Shown here piece by piece: positions 12,291 to 25,160 of a stretch of 64,000 bases of DNA. Under the pieces are notes generated by a model. That model was not told the origin of the DNA. It searched no databases and saw only the letters and a list, made by a program, of their open reading frames with translations. Made by a program: the position numbers and the translations under genes. Origin of the DNA: Callorhinchus milii (lineage: Eukaryota). The DNA lies in NCBI RefSeq assembly GCF_018977255.1, contig NW_024704743.1:89406001-89470000 (forward strand). The letters are read 5' to 3'. Each line of letters starts with the position of its first letter. The stretch's first letter is position 1.

Positions 12291-13090
12291 AGGATAATAG
12301 GCAAATGTCATAGTCTAAAATAAAATACTTCCATTTGGTCCATTTGGTATAGCACCAGTAACTGTCTGGCATGTTGACATGACTAGACACTATAATAATG
12401 CAAGATTCTTTCTTTTACTTTCAGGACTGCAAGATAGGGGTCCAGTAGTACTCATGTTAGACAATGAAGTGGATTATGTGAGGCTCAAAGCAAAAGGTGC
12501 GTTAACCTTTACTTAACCTGGAAAGTGCAATAACATTGTACTTTGGCCCTAACTCGACCTTGAAAAATATATTAAAAAATGATTTGTGATGATATTCACA
12601 TAAAAGCTTTAGTTGCACCTTTACTATTACCTTCTAGGAATTTATTAGAAGCTGTTTCCATTCATTATTCCATAATGTGCCATAATACCATACATCAGCC
12701 TCGCTGCCATTCTCTTGTGTTCCACTGAGGTGACCAGCATTGTGTGAAATAGCTTTCAATGACATTCATACTTAACCCCTTTGTCAGTACTGGTAACTTT
12801 CAAGACAGTAACTTTTTTTTAAGATGCTATAGGTTATGAATGAAGCCAACATCCAGAGACTTGGGACATCCTCCCGACGTGAAAGGTGCTATATAAACGT
12901 ACTTTTATTGTTGTTGTTGTATCTGATTTTCTGATAGTTAAAAGCAACTTCGTCCTTGGGGTCTTGACAAAGCATTTCCGCACTTCCAGTCATGTTTTCT
13001 GATGGTTGTGTTTATTCAAATTACTTGAGATCCTTTCTCAGACTTTGTTTCTTGTTGATGCTGTGAGCAAACTTGTTTTATCGCCAATTG

Positions 13091-13447
13091 TGGAATCCTG
13101 TGTCATATTGATTAGAGCATTCGATTCACAAACGAGAAGACTTGGTTCGATTTCTGGGCAGGGCAAAACATTAGGCATGTTTTGTTACTCCACATGCCTC
13201 TGTTTACTTAGCAGTAAGCAGTAACCCAGTTATTAGTTGATTGGCGGATTGCTTTTCCGGGGGTAATAACCCTGTAAAAAAAAATTGTCATTATTACTGT
13301 TTGTGCGACACTGCTGTGCACAATTGGCTGCTGCATTTTGGCCACAAAATATACAGTCAATTCACTTTACAGGTACATTCTGTGAAGCGCTTTGAGACGA
13401 TTCACTGATGTGATAAGGTGCTATATCAAAACAAAGATTATTATTAT
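13091..13447 (+). mobile_element. tRNA-headed SINE, long variant
   Basis: Same head and tail as 7321 plus an extra central block tgtttacttagcagtaagcagtaacccagttattagttgat...cttttccgggggt. Confidence 0.85.
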
Positions 13448-13809
13448 CTATGTTATCCCTTTTGTTTGCTGCCTCGCCCACTATGAGGGCCATCTCTGTG
13501 ATGTGAAGCATGGCTTCCTTTAATCTCATATTCAATACAAACATTTTACTAACAGGCCTGTCTGTTATGGGTGCTAAGTATACGAAATGCCATTTTACTC
13601 TGATCTGTACCAGAGTTCCCTATTCATAATCAGATCAGGACCATTCACTTCATGCATTGAATATACAAAGGTTTGAAACAGTGTTGCAGTTTGGTTTGTA
13701 GGACACCTTTTATAAATATCTAATATAGCCTATCAATTATTAAGTAAAAACTATTATTCATTTCCTTTTCTTTTATTAAAACATTATTTTCCTAATCTTG
13801 TTAATTAAT

Positions 13810-14112
13810 GCTGTTGCTCTCTCTCACCACTTTCCTTTGCTCACTTTGACCTCTTCCTTATCCTCACTCCAGATCCTCTGCTACCTTTGATCCTTGTTGC
13901 CCTCTTCCCCTAGTCACACTTAGTAATTACAGTTATAAGAAATAGTAATAATAACACTTACTAAGCCCTTCTCAGTGTGTCCATTTCCTCTATGCATTCA
14001 CTCCCCTTTCCCATTTCTTACTCCCAGATCACACTTGACCTTACTTGCACTTCCTCTCCCCTCAAACCCACTGTTCCTCAAGCCCTTCTACCTCCCTTAG
14101 TCCTTTCCCTCA
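13810..14112. repeat. Pyrimidine-rich (CT) low-complexity tract
   Basis: Runs of ctctctc/ttcct/cccct. Confidence 0.6.
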
Positions 14113-14934
14113 GCATCAGAAGATAATCACAATAATAATAATATTCCTTGCATTTGATATAGCACCTTATCATATCTTCAAGATGTCTCAAAGCTTCACA
14201 GAATATACTGTAAAGTGAATTTACTATATATTTTGTGGGCGAAATATACAGTGAAAGAGTGTGAAAGATTGTTAGTATTTACAGACATCTACTTGCTCCC
14301 AAGCCCTAACTCAATTACAGCTAGCTGAAAGCTGCAATGACTGTCATTCTGAGCATAATGTTTAGAATTATAGCCATAAGGCCATATCAAATATTTCTAT
14401 GGTAAAGATTGTATCTCTAGCATATGACCCCAACGTGTTCCATCAGCTTATCCCAAGTATTTTTTGTTGATATCCGACTTGGTTCAGATGAGATTAACTT
14501 TAACTTTCATATCCGTAGGGAACTGGAGCACAGCATGTCATTTAGTTATGTCTTGCCTACCAGACATTATTCCTGTTAAAAAATAATCCATCATTTCAAG
14601 GATTTATATTGGAAGGGAGTCCAGTCAATGCTGCACTCCTAAAAAATCTTACAAATTCTGGTTTAACTTTTTCCTCTGACATAGATTCTATTGATGCAAA
14701 ATTAAATTACATTCCATGGCCAATATACTCAAATATTCAACAGGAAGTTGCATTTATATAACACTGTTCATGTAGGATAATGTCTCAGAGTGCTGTAGAT
14801 ATGCCTCTAATTCAACAACAACTACAAATTGCATTTATATAGCGCCTTTCACGGCAGGAGGATGCCTTAAGGCGTTGGAATTTAAGAGATACCTAGAATT
14901 AAAAAATCATAATTGTGGTATTCCCAATACCCAA

Positions 14935-15365
14935 CTGGCTCAGTTGGAAGCACTTTCACCTCTGACTCAAAAGGTTTTGGGTTCAAGCCCTGCGTCAGAA
15001 CTTTGAACTCATCTTTGAACTCATCTAGTCTTGGCTGATACTCCAGTGCAGGAATGGTGGAGCACTGCATTGTTGGAGGTGCTGTCCTTGTTAAGTTTAG
15101 GTCCTGTCTGCCTGTTCAGGTGGACGTTAAAGAACCTACAGCATTATTCAAAAAGAGAGGGAATTTCTCATGATCTCAACAATCCCTCAAATAAAATTGG
15201 TCATTCACTTCAATGATCGTTGGCTGTTTGTGGGACATTGTTTTTTTGCAAATTGACTGCCACATTCACCTATAAAGTTTACTGTCATCACATTTTACAG
15301 TAAATCCTGTGAAGAAATTTGAGACGGCCACCTGACATGAAACATGCTATCAAAATGCAAGATTC
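14935..15365 (+). mobile_element. Near full-length Deu-domain SINE (SacSINE1-like)
   Basis: ggctcagttggaagcactttcacctctgactcaaaagg...ggttcaagccc head; ggctgatactccagtgcag...cactgcattgttggaggtgctgtc core; L2-type tail gacatgaaacatgctatcaaaatgcaag. Confidence 0.8.
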
Positions 15366-17884
15366 TAATCTCCTTTTCTTACTCGCTTACCATTTTTTAA
15401 TATTTGTTTTCAAGCATCTACCTAATTCTACTCTGCTTCCTCTGAATGCATTGACTGATATATTGCTAAATATGCGGGTGTCTCATCCTTTTAAATTAAA
15501 CCTCAATGAGCTGTTACTGCAAGAATTTAATTTTGTTAAATTGTTAGAAACTGGATTCCAATATTTTCTTGAGGTAAACCATGCATTTTACTGTCAGTAC
15601 CAATGCAATGGGTAGCAGTTCAAAGCAGTCCTTGTGGAAGGATAATAATTTACTCATCTCTAAGGAGATAAAAATTCATTTAGCAGTTAGTCAAAGTGTG
15701 ACATTTAAAAATAGGAACAGTGCTGTCTACTCTAATTCCTTATTTTTAGCTCAATGGACAAGAAGAAAAATATTCTTTGCTATGTGAGAATTGGACTTCA
15801 TTTGGGAAAGGATAAATACTTGTTTTTCTACGCTGAGTAAAATGGCTGAAAAATGTAAGGTAATATAACTCAATCCTTTTTTTTAAATTTTGATGGATCT
15901 ACCTCCACATTGCTTTACACAAAATATTTACTTCAATAATAATATAAATATTTTTTACAGGTAGAGTAGATTTACAGAATTCTAACTAATTTTCCCCTCT
16001 GAAGAAGCAATTATTTTGTGTGTGTATTTTGCTTCCGTTCAGTTATTAAACCCCCCCGACTGCCATTGCTGACTCCACAGGTACTGCCTGTCCTGAATAC
16101 CTCACCAAAGTAGCATTTATTGATGAGCTCAGACAATGATATTGGCAGACTGAGGCTGAGCGTAGAACCTCTACTGCCACAGTTTTTCATTTCACTTTTA
16201 GTTTTCAAATCCCTCCAAATGAAAGAATTTCATTATACAGAAGGTGGTAGCAATGTGAATCATTTACTCCACCCGATCTGTGCAATTTTCTCCAGCCCAA
16301 AGTTTCCCCCTTTTTGACTCCAGTGTTCTGTAAATGCTCCACTACCTTTACTCCACCACTGGGTGCACAGCCACCACTCCCCTGCCCTATACAACTCTCT
16401 CCTATATTCACTTTAACCATGCTTCTGCTCTCCTTGCTTTCAGAATCACTTTAAAGAAGTTGCTGTTTGCCTTCACCTTTGGTTACCCTCAAGTTTCCTT
16501 CCATGTCTCAATCAGTAACCCCTCTCCTATTGTTAAGTGATTAGAATGTAAACGTTGTTACATAAATGCCATCACTGGTTGTTGCTTCCTATTATCAACA
16601 GCAACCTGAATGCCAGTAGACTATGACATTCACACGGGGTAAAGCAAAGCACATTTGAAAAACATACAGATTTTTCCAAAGCTCTCTGTCTCCTGTATTT
16701 GTTGTACTTGGCTCAGTTCAATAGGTTTGTATGTATTAAAATAGTTATATATCACAGCTGTTCATTGTTCAGCTGTTCATCCAGCGCCTTGGGACGCCCT
16801 TCCAAAGTGAAAGGCGCTATATAAATGCAATTTGTTGTTGTTATTGTATTATGATTGGTGAATCACAAAGTGAGCTTCCAAGAGTTTGGGATCCTGTTAC
16901 TTTTGTTTCCTCTCATTTCTCCAAAGATCATATTGCATCTTATTGTTACAGAATTAAAAAAGCACAACTAGTGCGCAGGAGGCAACATCACTATAGAATA
17001 TTTATCTAAATGTCTCTGAAAAAACATTAGTGGCTTTTTTTCTAAACATAAGGTGACAGCTTGCACTAGTCAGTGACCTACTAGGATGGTTCAGTTAGTA
17101 AGTTGCTGCCTCTTGTGGAACTCAACTGTATAGATCTAGTCTGTGTTTGTTGAGCTAACTGATCTCAGCCAGGGTAGAAGGAAGTGGCTTACAATGGCTT
17201 CAATGCTCTTGGACAGGAACCAAAACACAGCTAGGCTTCCAACTCCTAACTGTTATCTATTGAACGTGTATAACAATGCTCCATGCCTTTGCACTCTACG
17301 GGGTGAAAAATGTGACATTTCATAACAGATTCAATACGGTAATTATGTTTTAATATATTGACTGTGCAAATTAAATTTTGTAATTATAAGCTGCTAGGAA
17401 GTTTTGAACATCTCCAGCACAATGGTATGGGCCAAAGGGATTTCTTAAAATTATCTGTTCCCTTACTTTGGATTGAGGCCTGAGGATAGTGGACAAAAGT
17501 ACTTTTTGCAATCTTGGAGACAAAATCGGAATGCAACTTTACAGGCTACCAGATGAGCTAAGCTGGTATCTTATTGTGTTAAAATAAGCTGTTCATCAGC
17601 TTCATCTCCAGAAACATGGAGATCTTCAGTGTACTCAAATGTTGCCTCGGCTTGCAAAGATATCATTAACCACCATCACTAAGCATTATTAAGTGCTAAT
17701 GTAAGATGGTCAGGAAGCATTTTGTCATATACAGGGTTGTGAAGGTGTGGAGTGTTTTGGCTCAGAAAGCTATGGAGGTGGGATAAATGACATTTAAATG
17801 AGAGATATGTACATATTTGGGCAGTAGAGATATTAAGACTAAGTGGCCTCCTTTCTGTCCCTGTTGGTCTATGTCACTATGTGG

Positions 17885-18300
17885 TCAAACAATTTTAAAA
17901 AGCTTCTTTGGACAAAACCATTGTTTGAAAATTATAGAGTGTTCAAACCTAAAATTATGTGGTAATGTTTGTAGTCTCTGAGGATATTGTGCATCCAGTC
18001 CTCCAATGAACAAAATACGCCACACAAAGGCAGCTTCTGAGTAAGAGTGGAAAGCCTTTACTATCAGAGGCTGTGTAAATGTTGAGGGCAATTATTGGAA
18101 CAGTTTGCTGGACACTGAGAGTTACACTTTTGTTTTTGGACCGGAAGAAGGTACCAGATTTGCTGTAAAACAGATGGTAGCCATACAGCAGGTTGCTGGG
18201 GTTAAAAGGTTGCAATAACTCCTCACTCATTATTTATAGTGTTAGTTTATTTGACGCTCACCCTGTCCAAACAGTATGAGGCAGCAATAAACAAACAACC
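17885..18300 (-). mobile_element. Degraded RTE-like LINE RT fragment
   Basis: KAFHSYSEAAFVWRILFIGG...YPQRLQTLPHN resembles RT domain KAFDSV.R..LW.IL...G.P. Confidence 0.4.
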
Positions 18301-18314
18301 AGGATGTTATAACA

Positions 18315-18700
18315 AGCCTTACATCAGGACTTGGAACTGATATAGTCCAAGCTGGTATTCAAATGTCTTACGTTAGAACAGCACTGCATTGTCAGATGAG
18401 ACGTCTTTCATTTGAGATGTTAAAACAAGATCCTGATTGCCTGTTCAGGTGACTTTTAAAGGTCTCAGGACATTATTTGAAAGAGAAGGGAGTTTCTTCC
18501 GGTGTCCTGGCCAAGAATGCCTCAAATAAAATTGGTCATTCATTTCACGACTGTTTTGGGGCAATTGCTAAGTGCAAATTGCCTGCCGGGTTTGCCTAAA
18601 AAAAACACAGCACTATACTTACAGTAGACACCTGTGATAAGTTTGAGATGTTCTCATGATGTGAAAGGCACTATATCAATAGTAAAGATTATTATTATTA
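18315..18700 (+). mobile_element. Deu-domain SINE, 5'-truncated
   Basis: gcactgcattgtcagatgagacgtctttcatttgagatgttaaaacaag...cctgttcagg...ggtgtcctggccaa and tail gatgtgaaaggcactatatcaa...ttattatt. Confidence 0.75.
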
Positions 18701-20499
18701 ATATAATTACTTTTTACAGTAATGCACGTTAAAGTTGAGATTGATAGAAAGCTGATACGTTTCAATGAATACAGTAACATTGTCCTTAAAATACCTCACA
18801 CACATCTGGAGACCACTCAGATCCAAAGACCCAACAAGAAACACTCCTCTGACTGCAAAAGTAGCCACAAAGGCTCTGTGGCACCATCCACCTGGCGGCT
18901 TCCTTCAAAAGGCAATGAATATTTTGCTTGAGCCCACAGGCTGTGAGAGTAATTGACTTTTGGTAGATGTAACAGGCTTAGATAAACTGAATGTAAGGTG
19001 TACCATGCATTTAAATAACCTCGCATGAATGTACATGTAGAGCCACAGCAACTCATTAACTGGGGAGTACGATGAAATGGTAATTTTCTAACACTAAGAG
19101 CCTTCACTATTTTGTTGAGATATTGTAGCTAAGTAGCTAATCAATCAGGTAACAAGTGGGCCAGTTAGAATCTAGAATTGCATGCTATCAGCTGTTCAGC
19201 TGTTTGCGCAGATAGAAGATTGAAAGGTGAGAGCTGAGATCCAGGTATACACGGAACTCTTCTCTGTTCTTCTGCAGTAAATAATGCTCGTCCCCAAGTG
19301 TGCTAGTGCTAAGACCCCGCACCGCCCCACCCCACCCAGCCAGAATTCTGCTGCCAGTTTTTGGGAAGTCGGCTACTCTGAGTCTTTTGTTTAGTCTGTA
19401 TCCTGCTATTGGGCAGTCAAATACCACAAACAGTGAGCCTCAAGTTCATTCTTCAAGGGAATAGCCACTGAGAACAACCTCCTGCACATCTGGATATAAT
19501 AATAATAAATAATAATCCTTGCATTTAATATAGTACTTTTCACGTCTTCCAGCCATCTCAAAATGCTTCACAGAATATACTGTAAAGTGAATTGACTGTA
19601 TATTTGTGGGCGAAACGCGGCAGCCAATTGTGCACAGCAGTGTCCCACAAACAGTCGTAGATTGAAGGACCAATTTATTATTGATATATGACACATCTGG
19701 GTGGGATTTTAGCCTATCTGCCCCATTCTTTGGAACTCCAACCTAATGTCCATCTGACTCATTCCGTCCCTCATTATTCAAAGTCTGCCTGAAGACCTAC
19801 CTCTTTGATTGTGCCTTTGGTCATTTTTCCCTTCACCGTCACTTGGCTCCCACCCCCAGCTCAAGTGCTAAACAGTAATGTTAAGTGCCTTGGGACCTCC
19901 TGCTGTTATCTATCTAAATGTAAATTTGTATTGCATCAAGTGGTAAATATAGAATGCATCGCTATATTCTCCCCAATCGTGAACTACTGTCCTTGCATGC
20001 CCGGAGTCAAAACTCAAGAACCCTGTTAGACTCCGAGATTTAACAGCTCAAACAATTATGATTGGTAATTGTTCACCATTATTTTTCCTTCTGGTCATTT
20101 TCAGTAAAATGTCATTAAGTGACGCATACCAGCCTGAAACTTTAATTGCTAAGTGATGATTTGGTTATAATGAATCTCATTTCATTAGCTGCTTTAATTG
20201 GCACAAAAACAATGGAAAAGGTTGTTACCCTGAGCAGTCACAATTATGCAATTATAAAACATTTGTAATTTCACATTCTTCTCTTTCAAATTTAACTTTT
20301 TTGTGAATTGAACATTGCAATTTTCTGGTTATCTGCAGAAAATGTTTGGACCTTATTTAATATGTAATTGCACAGTAAATTAATGAGCAGCCTTAGACAT
20401 ATATCAAATGCAAGGATTATTATTATTTATTATTAATCCTATTCTCTCTATTAGCATGAAAATATATTGATGTGTGAAATCCAAAATCGTCTCTAGAAT

Positions 20500-20850
20500 G
20501 ACATAAGTTCTACAACACAAAAACAGGCCATTTGATGTAGCTAGTCTGTGCCTGTATTTATAATCCACACATGGCTCCACCCATGATATTCTCCTCCCCT
20601 TTATCTCTCTATGCTCTCCTCCTCTTTCACATATCCACCCGGTTTCCTCTTAAATGTATTGATACTTTTTGTTTTAATCGCAATTTCTGGCACTGAGTTT
20701 CACATTTCATCACCCTTTACATAAGGAAGTTGCACTCAAACTCCCTTTTAGATCTGTTACTGACTATTTATGACCCCTCGATCTAGACTCACCAACAAGT
20801 GGAAACAAATTATTAATATCCATCTTATCAACTTTTTTCATAGTTTAAAC
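20500..20850 (-). mobile_element. Degraded CR1-type LINE 3' end
   Basis: ctacaacacaaaaacaggccatt...tgacccctcgatctagactcaccaacaagtggaaaca resembles the CR1 copy at 1956-2330. Confidence 0.55.
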
Positions 20851-21288
20851 ACCTGTAAATATATAAATGTGTATATAAATGCATATTTCTTGCCAAGCAA
20901 AACAATGAACGTGTTATTTTCTGTTGATTAAATATCATATTCTCATTGTGTGCAATGCAAACGAAAAGTGTTTAAAAGCTTGCTTCAAATATGCCATAAG
21001 GTTACTAAGCGTAAATATTGACCTAGTCCAGGACCATCTCTTGTAGTGCTCCAGGCGCTATCCTGTATGAAGAACGCTATATAAATACAAGATGTTGTTG
21101 TTGTATTGGTTAACAGGAGACACTGAAACTTTCACAGAGGTTAATGTTTCCAGTTACGATTAGTCCAGCTTTTTTTTCTGGTGTAACAATTCCATTTTTC
21201 ACTTTTCGATTTGCTTATCAATCAAAATGGTAAACCCAGTCTCCTGCACATCTGTATACAATCAAAGTGATAAATGTAGAAATTATTG

Positions 21289-21673
21289 TGGAGTCCTGTA
21301 GTTCAGTGGTTAGAGCACTCGCCTCGCAGACAAGAGGACCTAGGTTTGATTCCCAGCAGGGCGAAACGTGGGGTAAGTTTCCTTATTCCATACCACCTAT
21401 GTTTACCTAACAGTAAGTAGGAACCTGGTTGTTAGTTGATCAGTGATCTCTTTTCCGTGGGTAATAATCCCTTCAAAAAGTATAAATAATAATAATGTTG
21501 TCACTCAATCTATGACTGTTAGTGGGGCACTGATGTGTGCAATTGACTGCCACTTTATGACCACAAATTATACAGTCAATTCATTTTGCAATATAGTCTG
21601 TGAAATGCTTTGAAGCATCTCGAAGATGTGATAAGGAGCTATATCAAATGCAAGGATTATTATTATTATTATT
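21289..21673 (+). mobile_element. tRNA-headed SINE, long variant, full length
   Basis: tggagtcctgtagttcagtggttagagcactcg head; central gtttacctaacagtaagtaggaacctggttgttagttgat block; tail ...atatcaaatgcaagga(tta)n. Confidence 0.9.
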
Positions 21674-22599
21674 GATACATAGTCCCCAATTTGGATTTAT
21701 GTTACCCCTTAGTACAGGAATTTATGCAATTAAAATGCAAGACCCCTTGTTAGACTCCAGGGTTTAACAATTAAAACAAACTCAGACATTTAGTGTTGGC
21801 TATTGGTAATCATTATTTCTCATTGGTGATAGTATATTCTTTTTTCCACAACTGTTACTTATTATTTAGCCTTATGTAGAAGTAACGTGGAGATAAAATA
21901 ACCCAATTAGACTTCCAATTAAATGCCCTTGAGATGAACAACTATTAATAATTGGTGGAGAGGTCACTCTCTCTGACGTGGGGCTTCAACTCAAAACCTT
22001 CAAACTCAGACATGAGATTGCTACCAAATGAGCCAGGCTGATAATATATATTGATTGCAGAATGGTAAGAGGGACAAAATTTACCTCCATGAATACTGAA
22101 CATACCCTAACAAATCATGGTAATCAGGTTCCTTAACTGTACAAAGCATTGATCCATTTTTTGTCACACACAAAATACACAGTATATCCTGTGAAGCACT
22201 TTGAGATGTCCTGCTGACGTGATAAGGCACTATATCAAATGCAAGGATTATTATTATTTTGTAATACTTATCTAGTTAGCTAGGCTTTAGGGTTTTGGCT
22301 CACGGGTTTGAGGAAACATTCTAAGATAAACTCCTGCTAGAGCTGAATTGGATCTTTACTGCAAAAAGTTAAACCTCCAGATGAATCTAAACAAAGTCTC
22401 TGACTATAAGGCTGCTAAATCTAATTTTAGTACAGTCTAACTACAATTGAACATTATGGGACCTGTTTAAGATGATCAATTTCAACTACCAGTATCAATT
22501 TTACCTTTAAGCTTAGGCCCTCACGATTCAACCTTGTCTGTGAAAATAGAGAAACGCTGTCTGGAGTGTGACCTTCTTTCTGTCCACTCAAGGAAGGAC

Positions 22600-23075
22600 A
22601 CCTCCCACACCAAGTTCGGTGAGCTGATCACCCCCATCCTCGCCTGGCTTCACTGGCTCTCCATCCCCATAGGATCAAATTTAAAATCATTGCACTCAAC
22701 CCCATGGTCTTCCTCCGCCCTATCTCTGTGACCTCCAGTCTGTTTGCTCCCTCCACTCAGCGGGTACTGGTAATGCTACATCCCACGCACTGCAGCTCCA
22801 CCATTGAAAGTTGGGCCTTTAACCTTTCGGCCCCCACCATCTGAAATTCCATCCCAGAGACCCTCTATCTTGCTCCCACCATTGCCTCCTTCAAGGTTTG
22901 TCTCAAGACCTTCTTCTTTGACCAGCCATTCAGTCATCTTCCCACCATCACTAACCTTGCCCTTCACCTTTCTTGACTCTAGCCTGCAGCTCGGGCGCAA
23001 ACCCTTGACAGTCCAATGCCTTGGGATGTCCTCTGGATGTGAAAGGCACTACTTAATGCAATTTGTTGTTGTTCT
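22600..23075 (+). mobile_element. L2 LINE 3' fragment
   Basis: ITPILAWLHWL; tail ccttgggatgtcctctggatgtgaaaggcactacttaatgcaatttgttgttg. Confidence 0.85.
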
Positions 23076-24727
23076 TGTTGATATTGATGTAATTGGTGAT
23101 TTCCATGATTTATATCCACGCATGCCACCATAACAGAGGGTGCAGCTATGTAATAAATGTAAAAATGTATATGAAAATGTACTATATCTAATTGGAATTT
23201 ACCATATTTGATCTTTAGAGTACCCCACGTCCCCTGGTAATCATAATACCACTTAATAAAGCCACATATGCACCAAGACAGCTTCTGGGCTCTTCACACC
23301 ATACAGCCCCTATTACTGGGCTCTATACAAAGGGCAGAGCAGGGATTCAATTCCTATTCTCTTCCATACTTGCCAAGAGTGACTTCAACCTACCTTCCGC
23401 AATAGGTCACTAGATGTCAACCATTTTACTAAGAAGTTTGGTGATCCTTTAAGGGATTTTAACAGGATTGCAAACTTGTCTAACCATCAGATAATCCTGT
23501 AATATTACAGTACAATACATGCAGACACTAAGCTTCAAAGAAGGAATAAGTTTCAGAACTGACTCTCTGGAGGATGTGTCAGAAATATATTTGGAACCAA
23601 GTTTGACCCAAGGTTATGCCATTAGCTAAGATATGTAAGTTTAATTATATACTTTTAATTATGGACGTCCTCCCGACGTGAAAGGCGCTATACAAATGTA
23701 ATCCTGTTGTTGTTGTAACATTAAGATGATTAATGTTACATAGTTAAACTCCAGGGCTTAATGTACACACTCATCCCTTGCACTCTCAGCCCCACCATCA
23801 GAAGTCACACTTCCAGTCACTTTGCCCCATTCTCCCTCAATCCCTTCGCCTTGCTCCTCCCTCCCCTCTTTCAAGTTCTGCCTGAAAACTTTCCTCTTCC
23901 ACCGTGCTTAAGACCACCTCTCCCACCCCCTGGCTCCACCACTGTTAGCGCTTTGAGATGCTACCCTGCGTGGAGGGCTCCATATAAGTGCAATTTGTTG
24001 TTGTCATTGATTACATTATTTTGTGTATCAAAATAACTGGTGTCTATTTTGAAAATATTGAACTATTAAAGCCTAATTTCAAAGAAATTATGGCAATTTA
24101 TGTATCATTTCCATCAGCGTAACTCTATTACAATGCTTGATGTGGGACGTGCCAAGTATAATCCAATTTTCTTTAAGAATGTAATGAAAAAAGGCTTTAT
24201 TGGTTTCTCTTCAATATTCTCAAGCTTCCTTTTAGGTTAACTGCAGACTCTATGCCTGATAGAACAATGTTGAAAGTATGAAACATGTAATTAAAATTAA
24301 AAATTACATAGAATTTGAGCGTCCTTAAGAAGTTTCAACTCTGACTCTGACCCAATGATTTTCTATGCTGCTGTTAGTGGCTTTGATTGCAATTTCAGTG
24401 CCGCTTTATAAGATATTAATTTAACTAATTTGTTACACAGAGAAAACAAGACGTACCTCTTTGACCACACTTCCAATCAGCTTTCCCCTCCCCACTTTCT
24501 TTGGCTCCCATCTCCAGCTTGGGTGGCCAACCAACAGTGTCAAGCATTTTGAGACATCCTTCTGATGTGAAAGGCCTGGCATAAATGTAAACTGTATGAT
24601 GTTGTAACACAACTGAAACTGCAGGTCTGGAGACCAAGAGTTAGGGCTTACTCATGGAAATCCAATATGATGGCGTAAAATGTTTGAACTAACTGCATAC
24701 TCAGGGTTGGGATTGAAACCATGGGAG

Positions 24728-25160
24728 CAACAACAACAACAACAACAATAAAATTACATTTGTATAGCACCTTTCACGTCAGGAGGACTTCCCAAGGTGC
24801 TGGACAGTCAGAGTTTCAGACCTGAGCTGGGGGTTGGGATCGGGGAGGGTGGAGGACAGGGCTGGAAGGAGGGTGAATGAAGGCACGGTTGAAGAGGAGG
24901 GACACGAGATGGGTCTTGAAGGAGGCAAGGGAGAGGGCGAGGTGAAGGGACTGTGAGATGGAGTTCTAGAGGGTGGGGGCAGAGTGGCAGAAGGCCCACC
25001 TGCCTTTGGTGGAGCGGGCGAGGTGGGGGACATGAAGCAGGCCAGATCCCGCTGAGCAGAGGGAGCAAGCAGGATGATAGGGGGTTAAGAGGTCGCAGAG
25101 GTAGTGGGGAGTAGGGCCATGAAGGGCTTTGAAAGTGAGGACCAGGATCTTGAACTGTAT
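24728..25160 (-). mobile_element. L2 LINE 3' fragment (subfamily with aaaattacatttgtatagc tail)
   Basis: (AAC)n tail at 24728; encodes IQFKILVLTFKALHG..PHYLCDLL. Confidence 0.92.
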
